Assembly (NCBI RefSeq): GCF_026571515.1
Contig: NW_026851541.1
Coordinates: 1 to 64,000, forward strand
Source of the DNA: Ruditapes philippinarum
Lineage: Eukaryota
DNA: 64,000 bases
Direction: 5' to 3'
In this document: positions 24,641 to 36,940 of the stretch, in pieces
Layout of the letters: each line of letters opens with the position of its first letter
Numbering within the stretch: the first letter of the stretch is position 1
Position numbers and translations under genes: made by a program
The notes under the pieces: model-generated
Told to the model about the DNA's origin: nothing
Database searches by the model: none
What the model saw: the letters and a program-made list of their open reading frames with translations, nothing else

Positions 24641-25200
24641 ATATGGAGAGCTTTTCTACTCACCCCTGTGTCCTGGTTTAAAAGTTTTTGGGTAGTTAAA
24701 TATTTGTTACTGCATTTTCTCATTATATCTCAAGGGGTATACTTCCAACAGTTTGTTTGTTCCTTTCCTTATCATCACTTGCATCTTATGTTACAAGTGT
24801 CATAACTTCTGTAGCAATTACATTTCAAGAAATTTCCCTTTAAAATTTGAATTTTGCTAAATGAAATTAAATAATATTTTTACTCTATACTCTTTAGTGT
24901 TTAGGGGATTTTACTTTAGACTTCAAAGACATGTTCTTTATCATCACTCACATCATTGACAAGATTCGTAACCTATCAAAAATCAATATTTCAAGACTCC
25001 CCCCTTTCAACTTAGAATTTTACTTAAATTTATTATTTCTTACTACATTTGTATATCTTCTTCATTAATTAAGGGATTTACTTCAAACTTCTGTTTGTCC
25101 CCTATTACAATAGATGAAACTTTTGAACAAGTTGCAATGTATGATAAATATATGTTATAAGCTTTATTTACTCTTATTTTTTTGAGCTTAGAAGGTTTAA
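24641..25200 (+). mobile_element. Decayed HINE-like element with ~150-bp internal monomers
   Basis: GGAGAGCTTTTCTACTCACCCC start, as at ~8310. Recurring TTATCATCAC...CATAAC...TTTCAAGA...CCCTTT...TTAGAATTTT blocks. Confidence 0.5.
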
Positions 25201-26499
25201 ATTTACTAGTTTGAGTTTGTTGCATAACATTTTAAAATATAGATTAACCTAGGCTAAGACATGAAAAGGTTGAATTGTGTAACATTGCCTAACTGTTGCC
25301 AGTTTTATTTACCAGGCTTTACCAAAAATCCATCAAGAGCACTAAATATACATTTACACACCAGGGGTACATAAGATAAATGCTGTTCCTTCCCTCTTGT
25401 TGGCAGTAAGGCCCTTTGTAAAGTTGTGCACACTATTCAAAATACATTGATTCAGGTTCTAATGTATTTAGTAATGTAATTTTAATGTTAAACACTCACC
25501 AGATATTATCTTGATATATATAAGTTGTCAAATGAAGAGAGCTACTCGAGTAGGCAGGAATGCCTATTATCAAGCTATAGAGTCTGTATCTTACATTTCC
25601 CTTAGTATCAATCTTGCTAAACAAAATGCCCGCAAACAAAAAATCATGAATAATTAGACTTCAGGATCTGTTGACAATTTACATCAATTTTGATTTAAAT
25701 AACTTTTATCATCGTTTTATATTATGGTTAATTTGATTTATCTTTTATTTCAGAATATTTTTTCACTACAATTTCTCGTATTCATAAAATATGGATGCCA
25801 TAGATAGTTGAGACCATGGAATTAGTTGAATTTATATGAAATTAATGCAAAAAAGCTAAAGGTGTGTTTCTTAAAGAATTGAGGCTTGACATTTATTTGT
25901 TTACTCACATTATATATATAAATGTATAATTAATTGGTGTTAATGTCCCTGACTAAAAGTAGATTATGAATACAGGAAGATTTTGATGAAAGATAAATTA
26001 TTAAAATCTGTGGAAAATATTAACGTTTTAAAAAAAACCTCACTATAGAATTTGCATGTAAAGAAAACAGTAGATAATGATAGAAGATGATGATGATAAT
26101 TATCCAAATGTTTAGCCATCATTAATTTGCCATTACCCAAAAGTGCTGCTAGATTATAGCAACTTCTTCAAAGAGAATCATTTGCCAAGATATGCTAAAT
26201 TTCAGTTTTTTTGTAGCCTTGTCAAAAAAATCATTAGAAGTAAATTTGGAGACTTCTTACTTTAATTTTCTTTGAAAGTTTCTTATTGGTTGATGATTAA
26301 AATGATTGAATTAGAAGTATAAAAGAGTATTAATAAATGTGTACTGTGTTGCCTCAATTGCTTGATTGAAATATTTAACTACTTTATTTTGCAGTTACCT
26401 GTCTCTCAAAGCGTAAAAATAACATTAAACTTTTATTAAATGCATCTCATGTAGACGACTTTTCATGATTAGCTTTTGGTGAGCTAAACAAAATCACTT

Positions 26500-26990
26500 A
26501 GTAACAGGGGCTACAAATGTCAAAGTGTTTGGATTTTGCTTTTCTTGACCGTAACAAAGTAGCTACATGGGGGATATGGAAAATATTCCACACAGGATTC
26601 AACACTATATAAGACAGCATGTTCTGTGTAAAGCCCAAAGGACAAGGTCACAATTGGATGTTTATTTAAAATGTCAAGATTTTCTCTTAACAGCTGGTCT
26701 GTACAATAAATGTGTTATTAGATAAAGAAATAAACTAGGGGAAATGTTGTCCATACTGAGGCATCATGTTGAACAAAAGAATTAACTCACGGGTCAAGGT
26801 CACATGTAACTTGGAAAATTGAGAGGTCAAACATTAGTCTTGAGACATCATATCTGGACTGTTACTCTTTTAATTTTGAAAATCTAAGCATAAATATTTA
26901 GTACGATAAGATGGCATGTTGCACGTAAGAACTATATATATGTAGATCAAAGGTCAAGGTCACAATAAGAGGTCAAAAGTAATTGTCTGA
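26500..26990 (+). repeat. Decayed pearl/BIV160-like satellite monomers (HINE interior)
   Basis: CAAGGTCAC at ~26643, ~26795 and ~26955 (spacing ~150-160 bp) plus GAGGTCAAA. A similar fragment lies at ~13390-13470. Confidence 0.55.
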
Positions 26991-27101
26991 AACATCTATG
27001 TGAACTATTAGCATAGCTTGGTTAACATGTTTAGTGTTTAGGCTGATTTAAGAGGCTCTAATTTATGGGAGGTGCCTTTGATGTATATTTAGTAAAAACA
27101 A

Positions 27102-27329
27102 AAATGTTTAAGTGTTTATTAGGTTAGGAAGTGCAGGAAGATCAGTAAGCATGATGTTGATCTAAACACTTTCTTGGGGCATTACCCTACATACGTCATG
27201 TTGTCTATGGACATGCAGGCTTTTTGTGTCTAAGAAGTCCTAATGAAAGACTTGATTTTGCATGTAGTAATTCATAAACAGGAATCTGTAATCTTCTGAC
27301 TTCCTCCCTATAATATGCCCTAAACATTT
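27102..27329. repeat. Degenerate fold-back (inverted repeat) element
   Basis: Left arm AAATGTTTAAGTGTTTATTAGGTTAGGAAGTGCAGGAAGATC. Reverse complement of right arm AAATGTTTAGGGCATATTATAGGGAGGAAGTCAGAAGATT. Confidence 0.6.
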
Positions 27330-28349
27330 AAAGAGGTCTCCATTTATTCATGCAGACTTTACCTTACAAAATGATTTTCATATGTAGTTGCTTCCCTTTG
27401 AAAGAGGAAACTCTATTTTCATATATTGTTATTTCCCTTTAAATGCGATATATCTAAACTGAATTTCATTACATATTAATGCTTTTCTTAATCCTCTCTA
27501 AATAATCAAGGATTGAGAAAAAGTTATATTGAATGTTTTCTTGATCAAAACTGGATGACTTTTCATTTCTAAGTAATATTTCTTGAGTAATGGCCATTCT
27601 CGACAGAACACATTTATTCACCAAGAAAATGTGTTTTCGTACATTTTAATGCAAAACTTCTATTTTATGTATTTTAAAGCACTTTCCCATGGTATAATTT
27701 AAACAGTTTTTAAGTTAAATAGGTGCCAACCTTTTTTTCTTATAGAATCAAATATGGAGGCATTTCAATTGGTTTTAGATTAATTTAATTTTTGTAATTA
27801 AAAAAAAAGAAGATAATAGTGATTATAACAAATAAGCAATAATAAAATCATTTTAAGGATTAATGAATAAATTCTTAATTGAGAAAAAAAAGAAGTGATT
27901 TCAAAGCTGATGTCTGGATATTTAAAATTTATGCGAATAGATCATAATGTAATAAGTATAATGAGTAAAAACTAGTGGGACAAATAGAGGGGTGGTGCTT
28001 TCTTCAAAGGAATTATAGTATATTCCTAGTTACAGCATTATATGACTGTACAACACTTTAAACTTGCAAAAAAAATTTCTTTTCTGTCAGATGTATTTTT
28101 ACACAAACAAAAAATATTGAAATTGAAAAAAAAGAAAAAGATTTAATTCTATTATACAACAATATTAGTATCACATGTTCCCATGTATTACAATAATGAC
28201 TCCTAAAACTTCCAAGTTTTCTATATTGAATTCATTTTTCCATTTTGTTAGTTATCACCCAAATTGTTATCACAGTATAATGTGATTGGTAAAACTTGGC
28301 TATATTTTTTTATATTTTATCTTGAACAGGACATAATGAAACATCTACA

Positions 28350-30242
28350 GATATAACTACATAACATCTAATGTCCCTTCACTACATTATGCCTAATGTC
28401 CCTTCACTACATTACATCTCATGTCCCTTAACTACATTGCACCTGATGTACCTTCACTACATTACACCTGATGTCCCTTCACTACATTATGTCCCTTGAC
28501 TACATTATGTCTTATGTCCCTTGACTACATTACACCTGATGTCCCTTCACTACATTACACCTGATGTCCCTTCACTACATTATGCCTGATGACTCTTCAC
28601 TACATGATGTCTGATGTCCCTTCACTACAATATGCATGATGTCCCTTCACTATGTTATGCCTAATGTCCCTTCACTACATTATGTCTGATGTCCCTTCAC
28701 TACATTATGTCTGGTGTCCCTTTACTACATTATACCTGATGTCCCTTCACTACATAACACCTGATGTCCCTTCACTACATTATGCCTGATGACTCTTCAC
28801 TACATTATGTCTGATGTTCCTTCACTACAATATGCATGATGTCCCTTCGTTATGTTATGCCTAATGTCCCTTCACTACATTATGTCTGATGTCCCTTCAC
28901 TACATCATGCCTGAAGTTCCTTCCCTACATGATATCAGATGTCCCTTCACTACATTATGCCTGATGTCCCTTTACTACATTATGCATGATGTCCTTTTTC
29001 TACATTATGTCCCTTCACTACATTATGTCTGATGTTCCTTCACTACATAATGTCTGATATTCCTTCACTACATTATGTTTGATGTCCATTCACTACATTA
29101 TGCCTGATGTCTCTTCACTACATTATATAAGATGTCCCTTCACTACATTATGCCTAATGTCCCTTCACTACATTATGCCTGATATCCCTTCACTACATTA
29201 TGTGCGATGTCCCTTTAATACATTATGCCTGATGTCCCTTCACTACATAATTTCTGATGTCCCTTTACTACATTATGCCTGATGTTCCTTTACTACATTA
29301 TACCTGAGGGGCATCCGTGGCCGAGTGGTTAAGGTAGTTGCCCCTTATAGCTGTGGGTTGAATCCTGACATGGACTTTGGATTCTTTCATGTGAGGAAGC
29401 TATCCCCTAGCTTATGGAACGTCAGTGGTTCTACTCACTACATTATACTTGATGTCCCTTCACTACATTATGCCAGATGTTCCTTCTCCTTATTATGTCT
29501 GATGCCCCACCACAACATCATGCTTGATGTCCCTTCAGTACATTATACCTGATGTCCCATCACTACATTATGCTTGATGTCCCATCACTACATTATGCGT
29601 GATGTCCCATCACTACATTATGTCTGATGTCCCTTGTTTTGCCTGATGTCCCATCACTACATTATGTCTGATGTTCCTTGTTTTGCCTGATGTCCCATCA
29701 CTACATTATGCCTGATGTCCCATCTCTACATTATGTTTGATGTCCCTTGTTATGACTGATGCCCCATCGCTACATTATGCCTTATGTCCCTTGTTATGCC
29801 GATTGCCCCTTCACTACATTATGTCTGATGTCCCTTGTTATGTCCTGTCACTACATTATGTCAGATGCCCCATCACTACATTATGTCTGATGTCCCTTGT
29901 TATGCCTGTCTATCATGTCCCATCACTGTCTCATGTCCCTTGTTATGCCTGATGCCCCATCACTACATTATGTCTGATGTCCCTTGTTATGTCTTATGTC
30001 CCATCACTACTTTATGTCTGATGTCCCTGTTATGTCTGATGTCCCATTACTACATAATGTCTGAAGTCTCTTGTTTTGCCTGATGTCTCTTCACTACATT
30101 ATGTCAGATGTCCCTTGTTTTGCCTGATGTTCCATCTCTACATTATGTCTGAAGTCCCTTGTTATGTCTGATGTCCTATCATTACATTATGTCTGATGTC
30201 CCTTGTTATGCCTGATGTTTATATACTACATTATGCCTTACT
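28350..30242. repeat. 25-bp minisatellite (GATGTCCCTTCACTACATTATGCCT), becoming a 25+19-bp composite after ~29620
   Basis: Direct tandem units; later units alternate with GATGTCCCTTGTTATGCCT. Confidence 0.95.
29308..29437 (+). mobile_element. tRNA-derived SINE, 5' half (V-domain-like bivalve family)
   Basis: GGGGCATCCGTGGCCGAGTGGTTAAG (A box), GGGTTGAATCC (B box), then body GGATTCTTTCATGTGAGGAAGCTATCC...GTGGTTCTACTC. Inserted in the 25-bp array. Confidence 0.85.
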
Positions 30243-30276
30243 ACTTCTGAATATCTTCCCTTGTCATAATGTTTAG

Positions 30277-30466
30277 GCTGAGAGGTTATTGCACTGGATC
30301 AGTAATCTAAGGATCCTGGGTTCGGTGTGGGCTTGCCATTGTTTCATGAGCAATAAACTTTACACTCATTGCTCAGTACTGGTTGATTCCAAGAACTGAT
30401 TCAAGAGTGTGCCTATAAGCTATAAGCTTCTTGCACAATCGAATTGAAATAAATTTTGTATAAACC
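30277..30466 (+). mobile_element. tRNA-derived CORE-like SINE with CR1-type 3' tail (degenerate head)
   Basis: Homologous to the minus-strand copy at 61361-61584 (AAACTTTACACTCATTGCTCAGTACTGGTT...AAGCTATAAGCTT...CACAATC...AATAAATTTTGTATAAAC). Possible TSD AATGTTTAG/AATGTTCAG. Confidence 0.8.
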
Positions 30467-31669
30467 AATGTTCAGACATTATGCTGGACCTTCTATCTTT
30501 TCATTGTTTCAGATGTCACTCTTATCGTTTAATTCTGCAGTATATTGTAATACACTTCTATCTTTGAACGCTACTGTCAAATTATTTATCTTCTACTTTC
30601 AAATTGGCTTATCTCCCGGATAATCAAACATGCATCAATATCAAAGTCAATATCACAGCTGAAACCGACAAAAAAAAACTTTGGTATTCAATTTCATTAT
30701 ATACCCATCTGCATATTTATTAAAAATGTAAAGGAGGAATTTCATTAGATTTAAAATATTACTAATCATTTTCTATTGTAGCGATTTGAAAATTGTTTAT
30801 CACTTTAGGAAGAGTGTCTGTCAGTTGATTACTAATGACTAAATCATGATAAACGATAAGTAAAATTGATCGTAGAATGATTTCTATCACAACAATACCA
30901 CGATGAATACAAAAAATATTTTGATTCTTTCCTCAGGTTTTTTGGGGGCAATTCATCATCTGTTTGAAGTGGTGTCAAATTTTCGAAAACATTGCCATTA
31001 TTCTAGCCTCGTAAATTATAAATTTGGGCAAATGAGATCGTTTACTATTCACGGTCATTCAGGCTGGACTAACCACTGGCGACACCATATAAGGTTTCAA
31101 GCTTTTGTTTACTTCAAATATATTGTGTTTGTTGTAAAGAATTTACAAAATGTTATCTATGCAGGAATTTATGTTGGTCAAGCAAGCTTTAGCATGATCA
31201 TGATGTACGTTACCATGTAAATGTAAAAAAATAATCCACTTTATACTAAATTTGTAACTTTGATTATTTAATAATTATTTACCATTGTCCATAACATCAG
31301 ACTTACATGTATGCCACCAATCTACAGCCAAGTCAGTCTGCACTTTCTAGTAGTCTGAACAAGCCTTATACCATTTGCTGCTTAAGTTTTCTATTTTGAT
31401 AGAAATTTGTCAAATTTGGAATGAACATATTGTCAAATTTAAGCAAGACAAAGATAAATATATTTTACAAATTCAGCATAATAAAGGTTCAAATTTTTAA
31501 AGCTATGCATCCTGTATAACTTCTTTAATAAAATTTGGAACCAAACAATACTTTTGAAAAAATCACTTAAGTGATATTTTGTTGCAGTCAAAATAACACT
31601 GATATAAATAACACAAAATTAATGGCATTTTTCTATAAACAGTGTCCAACAAGACTAAGTGGCATTTCA

Positions 31670-31980
31670 TAATGGCAAAAACCACACTGGTGACACTTGG
31701 TTATGGTCAAAACTACACTGGTGGCACTTGGTTATGGTCAAAACTACACTGGTGGCACTTGGTTATGGTCAAAACTACACTGGTGGCACTTGGTTATGGT
31801 CAAAACTACACTGTTGGCACTTTGTTATGGTCAAAACCACACTGGTGGCACTTGGTTATGGTCAAAACTACACTGTTGGCACTTTGTTATGGTCAAAACC
31901 ACACTGGTGGCACTTGGTTATGGTCAAAACCACACTGGTGGCACTTAAACCGGTTACAGTCAAAACCACACTGATGGCAA
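31670..31980. repeat. 31-bp minisatellite (GGTCAAAACTACACTGGTGGCACTTGGTTAT), ~10 copies
   Basis: Direct tandem. Stop-free on the + strand, which produces three overlapping ORFs with 31-aa periodicity. Confidence 0.95.
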
Positions 31981-32397
31981 GTTGTTGGCATCAAATTTTT
32001 ACATCACCCCCTATTGTAGAACATTTTTTGGTGTAACGAGCTGTAGATGTAGGTTTTGAAAGGTAGATCTTCATGTACATTTATTTCAATGATTTTGTAT
32101 GTATATTTAATAATGTAATAAAATTTGGCCTCAAGCACTTTTTGTGGCTAGTATTGTATGGTCATTTTAATAATTGAAAAAAAGAATTCCTGTGGCATTT
32201 ACTACATGTATTTCATTGTAATACAGATTTAAATAAATGTAATAACCTTGGTTAAGAATTTTGTATTGTAAATGCTGATACTCATCCCTAACATTTCATA
32301 ATTTTCACTAAAAAATTTGAAGTTTTCCAAGGAACATTAGTTCAACTTGTATGTCTGCTTGTGCCTGTAGTAATGCACAATGGAGTCTTCCTCCACC

Positions 32398-32660
32398 AGT
32401 GGTGGTGGTGTTTGTTCTTTTCACTCCACATCATGACAGTAAGCCACATTTAACAGTATTTACCAGATCACAGGTCAGCTACAGTATTGTTCCTGCACAG
32501 GCTGTCAAGCAGTTTACCAGTACTAGTTACCTTCACTTTCGCAATGAACTTCAGTATATGCCAGACAGAGGTACAGTACGAATGACTGTAGAAAGGATTA
32601 ATAGTGAAAGTGACCTGCATCTTACGGGAATCGAACCAAAGTTGCCCGATTTTAGTAACA
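32398..32660 (-). mobile_element. Degenerate tRNA-derived SINE (Meta/MESC-domain-like)
   Basis: Minus strand: B box GGTTCGATTCCC, then TTTCTACAGTCATTCG..TACCTCTG...TGCGAAAGT...AGTACTGGTAAACTGCTT..AGCCTGTGCAGGAA, ending in an AACAAACACCACCACC tail. Confidence 0.65.
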
Positions 32661-33135
32661 ATATTGTGTCAGAAGTGTCTGTCAGTGTTCAGCAGCATTT
32701 TGCACTAAAGTTAGAACTTTGAATGAATGTTTTAAATGGGGGTATTTCAAATTGCTATTTAGATGGTTCCATTCTATGAAATTAAATACCGGTATGTCCA
32801 TGTTTGAAAATTATTTTTACATATTGCTATTAGTTTGAAGCCTGTTTGTTGATAAATTTAATGGATTGTCATGATACTGATGCATGTTATATCAACTGAT
32901 CTGTTGTACATGTTTCAGGGTTTGCTGTAAGACAGAACCTGGGATGGTGACTGTGACATGTTTCAGACAGAGAAACTGATGGACCCACTCCTAGTTTCAT
33001 GCAGACAGAAATAAACAGTTATGATAGCAAGTAAACTATAGAAATATGTTCTATAAAGGTTAGATTAAAGTAGTATACTTTCATTCTTCTTTCACCAAAT
33101 GTTTAATATTCTTCAAAATGTTCCAAAGTGCGTAA

Positions 33136-33195
33136 TACAGTGAAAACTCGCTAAAGAGACCACTGGAGGGACTTTGCAAATTTGGTCTTAATAGT
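33136..33195 (+). mobile_element. Tc1/mariner-pogo-type MITE terminus fragment
   Basis: TA|CAGTGAAAACTCGCTAAAGAGACCAC...TGGTCTTAATAG; only one end is visible. Confidence 0.4.
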
Positions 33196-33641
33196 TGTCA
33201 GTTTGTTCTTCCATCCTTTAGAAGAAGTTTCTTAATGGTAGCTTGACTAAACTGACATACTTTACAGTTCTCTTTGAAATTTTCATTCAGCAAGGTTCTT
33301 GCATGGATTTCTACTCTTGAAGACTATGTGATCAGGGTTAAAGATGTCACTGAGGCAAAGTCTACTCAGACATTTTGAAAAATTATTCTTAAAAATAATA
33401 GAAAGGAATAATTTTAGAGATTTTTTAAATAACTTCATGACATAAGAGGAATATGTATGTCATGCATATATTTATATCTTCTTCTTTTTGTAATGGTTTA
33501 GAGTTTCAGGTGTTAAAAATTTAGTTGGTGGACCAGTGGGCTCGAGCCTTTCCTTCATCATGGCAAGACTGCGCATTGTAGGTATTATGTAATTATGGTA
33601 GTAGTGTAGTATAATTTAGCAATCCTCTGACAGTACTGTTT

Positions 33642-33845
33642 TTAACCCTGTTACCTGCTTGATCTGAAAAGGATTAGCCTTAAAGCCACCAGTAAGGAGC
33701 CAGGCCAGCCTGCACATTCTTGCAGTCATGCCAGGCTCTATACTGGGTGGTAGCATATTGATATTAAAGTCCTTAAAGTTTCAAATTGACTGTTCTAAAT
33801 TAAAATAAGGGTCAGTCCATGATATAAATTTAGCAAGTTATAGGT
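33642..33845. mobile_element. Palindromic TTAACCC-type MITE copy
   Basis: TTAACCCTGTTACCTGC start; core GAGCCAGGCCAGCCTGCACA...CAGGCTCTATACTG; GTCCAT...AATTTAGCAAGTTATAGG end. Collinear with 47215-47522. Confidence 0.7.
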
Positions 33846-34006
33846 ATCTTCTTATCGATTCCAAAACAGTTTTAAACATAGAAAGGCTCTTTTTATTTAT
33901 TTTTTTACACTTAAAAATATTGTACTTAAAAAGTGTTTAAGAAAAAATATTATGTTGAAATTTTAGGTAGGGTTTTAACCATTTAACAATGATTTTGTGC
34001 ATGCGC

Positions 34007-34657
34007 TATTAAGAGATTAATACACGGCAGAGTAGGGCCGGAAGGTGATAATCGGCCCGCAAAATGAATAATGGCCCAGAGGGCTTCAGCCCGAGGGCAT
34101 TATTCATTTCAGGGCCGATTACCACCTTCTGGCACAACTATGACCTGTATTAATGTCTTTAATACACTTGTTAGATTTAATAGTAGCATTTTTCTATTAA
34201 TAAATACTTTAAAATTTCTTTCGTTCAAATTCCTGTCTGCATTTCTACTGTGGACTCTACCGTACAGTTCAGTAACTTCTACAGAGTGTGTTAAAAGTAC
34301 TGTATGTACACTACTATCTAGAAGCAAGTTTTATTTTCATTTTTTTCGGAATGAATTTGTTGTATTATTTCTTTTAATTTCAATAGTAATAAAACTGTTT
34401 TTGTACGAAATACGCTTATTTAGCTCTCATAATAAAATCAAGCGATTTGTGCTTAAACTTTCTTTCACTTTTACAGTTAACACTTTGATGACATAAAATA
34501 TGACGTCATTGCTTCAGTTTGTGCGCGTGTACATGTTCGGCGGGCTGATAACTAGTTCTTGGCCCCGGGCCGCAAACTCATAATAGGTCACATGACACTC
34601 ATAATCAGTTGAAATCATAGGCGATTTTCTACTATATATAGTAACAAGTGTATTAAT
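34007..34657. mobile_element. Non-autonomous element with nested inverted repeats (Crypton-like)
   Basis: ~140-bp hairpin at 34016-34154. Second inverted pair TTAATACACTTGTTAGATTTAATAGTAG (34159-34186) / CTACTATATATAGTAACAAGTGTATTAA (34629-34656). CpG retained. The structure is clear; the superfamily is inferred. Confidence 0.7.
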
Positions 34658-35884
34658 CACTTTTAAGACAACATACTTCATTTGTACTATATCTTTTTCA
34701 TACAAGCATTTCGGAAGTATTCTTTTTGAAAATTCTAACAATGATTTTTGCAGCAGATATGTAGCTTAACACACATAAAAGTGCAATAAAGTTTTTTTTA
34801 TGGGGCTATCAGTTTCTCCCCTATTATAGATCAATTCTATAAATAATATGTAGTTTTTGACTGAATGACCCAATAATTTAGGTCCACAATGAAAGGTGCA
34901 CAGTTAATTTATTTTTGTTATCTTAATGTGTTTATGATACAGGATATTTGAGTGCTTATGAAACTTGTATTAAATATTTGAATTATTGAAATACTGCCTC
35001 ACTGAACAATTGCATTGAAACTGAAAATATTGAATCATTATTAAACAAGTTTTCTTGCGTTCTATAGAAGAATTATTTCCTATTTACAGTTGTACAATAG
35101 GGTGCTAACCCCTGAGTGCGTCAATAGATAGAATTTACACTTTGAAATTTATTTTTTTTCAAATGTTTCTTTCAATTTTTCTCCAATACATTATTTAGCA
35201 AATGTTTGACATCTTTAATATTTTTAACATTTCAAGCTGTTGTTAGACAATGGATTAAAGTTTTAAAACTTCTTACGACTTCAATGGAAGTCTTTAGAAG
35301 CGTCCTATGTAAATACATCTAGATGTTTGCTAGCCTGGTACAACGAAGTATCTTTTAATTTATCTATAATGACAGATTTCCATTTAGAGAAGTAATTTTA
35401 GGGCACAATGAGTACTTGTAAATTTGAGTTGTGGGCCTATACAAGGTGTTGAATTGAAGTTTGATCGCACATATTGTTAAGAGAAGTTTAAACACTGAAC
35501 AAGTGTAAATAAGGTTTCCTCTTTTACTTCTTTGAAAGCTTCTGGCAATTTTAGTGAAAAAAATATTTTCAGTATATGTCAACTTGAAGACAAATTGATT
35601 TGTTTATAGGAAATGTCTTAATATTTAATTAAGCAAACATCCGTTCCTATTTTAATTTATGCTCAAAAAACATTATTATTGTTATAAGTCTGCAAGTTTT
35701 CTCAGAGTAAACTTGTTAAGATAGAGAACTAGGTGATATCCTTAGAGGACAAGATAAAAGGTCAAGGAGAGTGCATGTCAAATTAAGGGTTATATTTATT
35801 TTATAATTTCATATTTTAAATACTGACATTGAAGTAAGTTGATAAAGTAAGGGGCTTACTTAAATTTGGATTCATGTATCTAGA

Positions 35885-36095
35885 GAGCTCTGTGGTGAAA
35901 TGATAAAGGTTCTTTTCTTTATATTTCAAATGAACTAGTCTCCTGGGTGTGTTCAAATCCTGTTACAGACTTACCTGACTATATTAGCAAGCTATTTGAA
36001 TAGCTTATAAAAGTTTGGCTGTTCTGCAAACATTATTGAAGACCCCCTGTCTTTTCAAAGTTAAGTAAAGCTTATAAGTTGTCATGCAACCTCAG
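35885..36095 (+). mobile_element. Highly degenerate near-full-length SINE of the 29308 family
   Basis: GTGGTGAAATGATAAAGG (A box remnant), GTGTTCAAATCC (B box), AAGCTATTTGAATAGCTTAT and GTAAAGCTT..AAGTTGTCAT, in the expected order. Confidence 0.45.
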
Positions 36096-36940
36096 AGTTA
36101 AAGATACATGTATATTCACTACAGATACAAAATCACTAAGAGTTCAAGTTATATTCACTACAGATACAAAACCACTAGGAGTTAAGATATATTCACTACA
36201 GAGTACAGATACATAACTACTAAGAGTTAAAGCTATATTCACTACAAATACAAAACCACCAAGAGTTAAGAATATATTCACTACAGATACAAAACCACTA
36301 AGAGTTAAGAATATATTTGCTACAGATTCAAAACCACCAAGAGTTAAGAATATATTCACTACAGATACAAAATCACTAAGAGTTTAAGATATATTCACTG
36401 CAGATACAAAAGCACTAGGAGTTAAGAATATATTCACAACAGATACAAAACCATTAGGAGTTAAGAATATATTCCTAACAGATACAAAACCACTAAGAGT
36501 TAAGAATATATTCACAACAGATTCAAAACCACCAAGAGTTATGAATATATAGTCACTACAAATACAAAATCACTAAGAGTTAAAACTATAGTCACTACAG
36601 ATACAAAACCACTAAGAGTTAAAGCTATATTCACTACAGATACAAAACCACTAAGAGTTACAGCTATATTCACTACAGATACAAAACCACTAAGAGTTAA
36701 AGCTATATTCACTACAGATACAAAACCACTAAGAGTTAAAGCTATATTCACTACAGATACAAAACCACAAAGAGTTAAGAATATATTCACTACAGATACA
36801 AAACCACAAAGAGTTAAGAATATATTCACAACAGATACAAAACTACTAAGAGTTAAGAATATATTCACTACAAATACAAAACCACTAAGAGTTAAGAATA
36901 ATTATTTGCTACAGATACAAAATCTCTAAGATTTAAAGTG
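36092..36940. repeat. 39-bp minisatellite (AAGAGTTAAGAATATATTCACTACAGATACAAAACCACT), decaying to ~37560
   Basis: About 21 units; 13-aa periodic ORFs on the minus strand; AAAATCACT remnants downstream. Confidence 0.95.

Noticed and set aside
31642-32036. Three overlapping ORFs, or a CRISPR-like 31-bp repeat
   Set aside because: Head-to-tail tandem units with no unique spacers and no cas genes, in a eukaryotic context. The same applies to all other arrays here.
32351-32722. 123-aa ORF
   Set aside because: Mostly the antisense strand of a decayed SINE; no recognisable domain.
34071-34496. 141-aa ORF inside the inverted-repeat element
   Set aside because: Low-complexity F/L-rich translation with no recombinase or transposase motifs.
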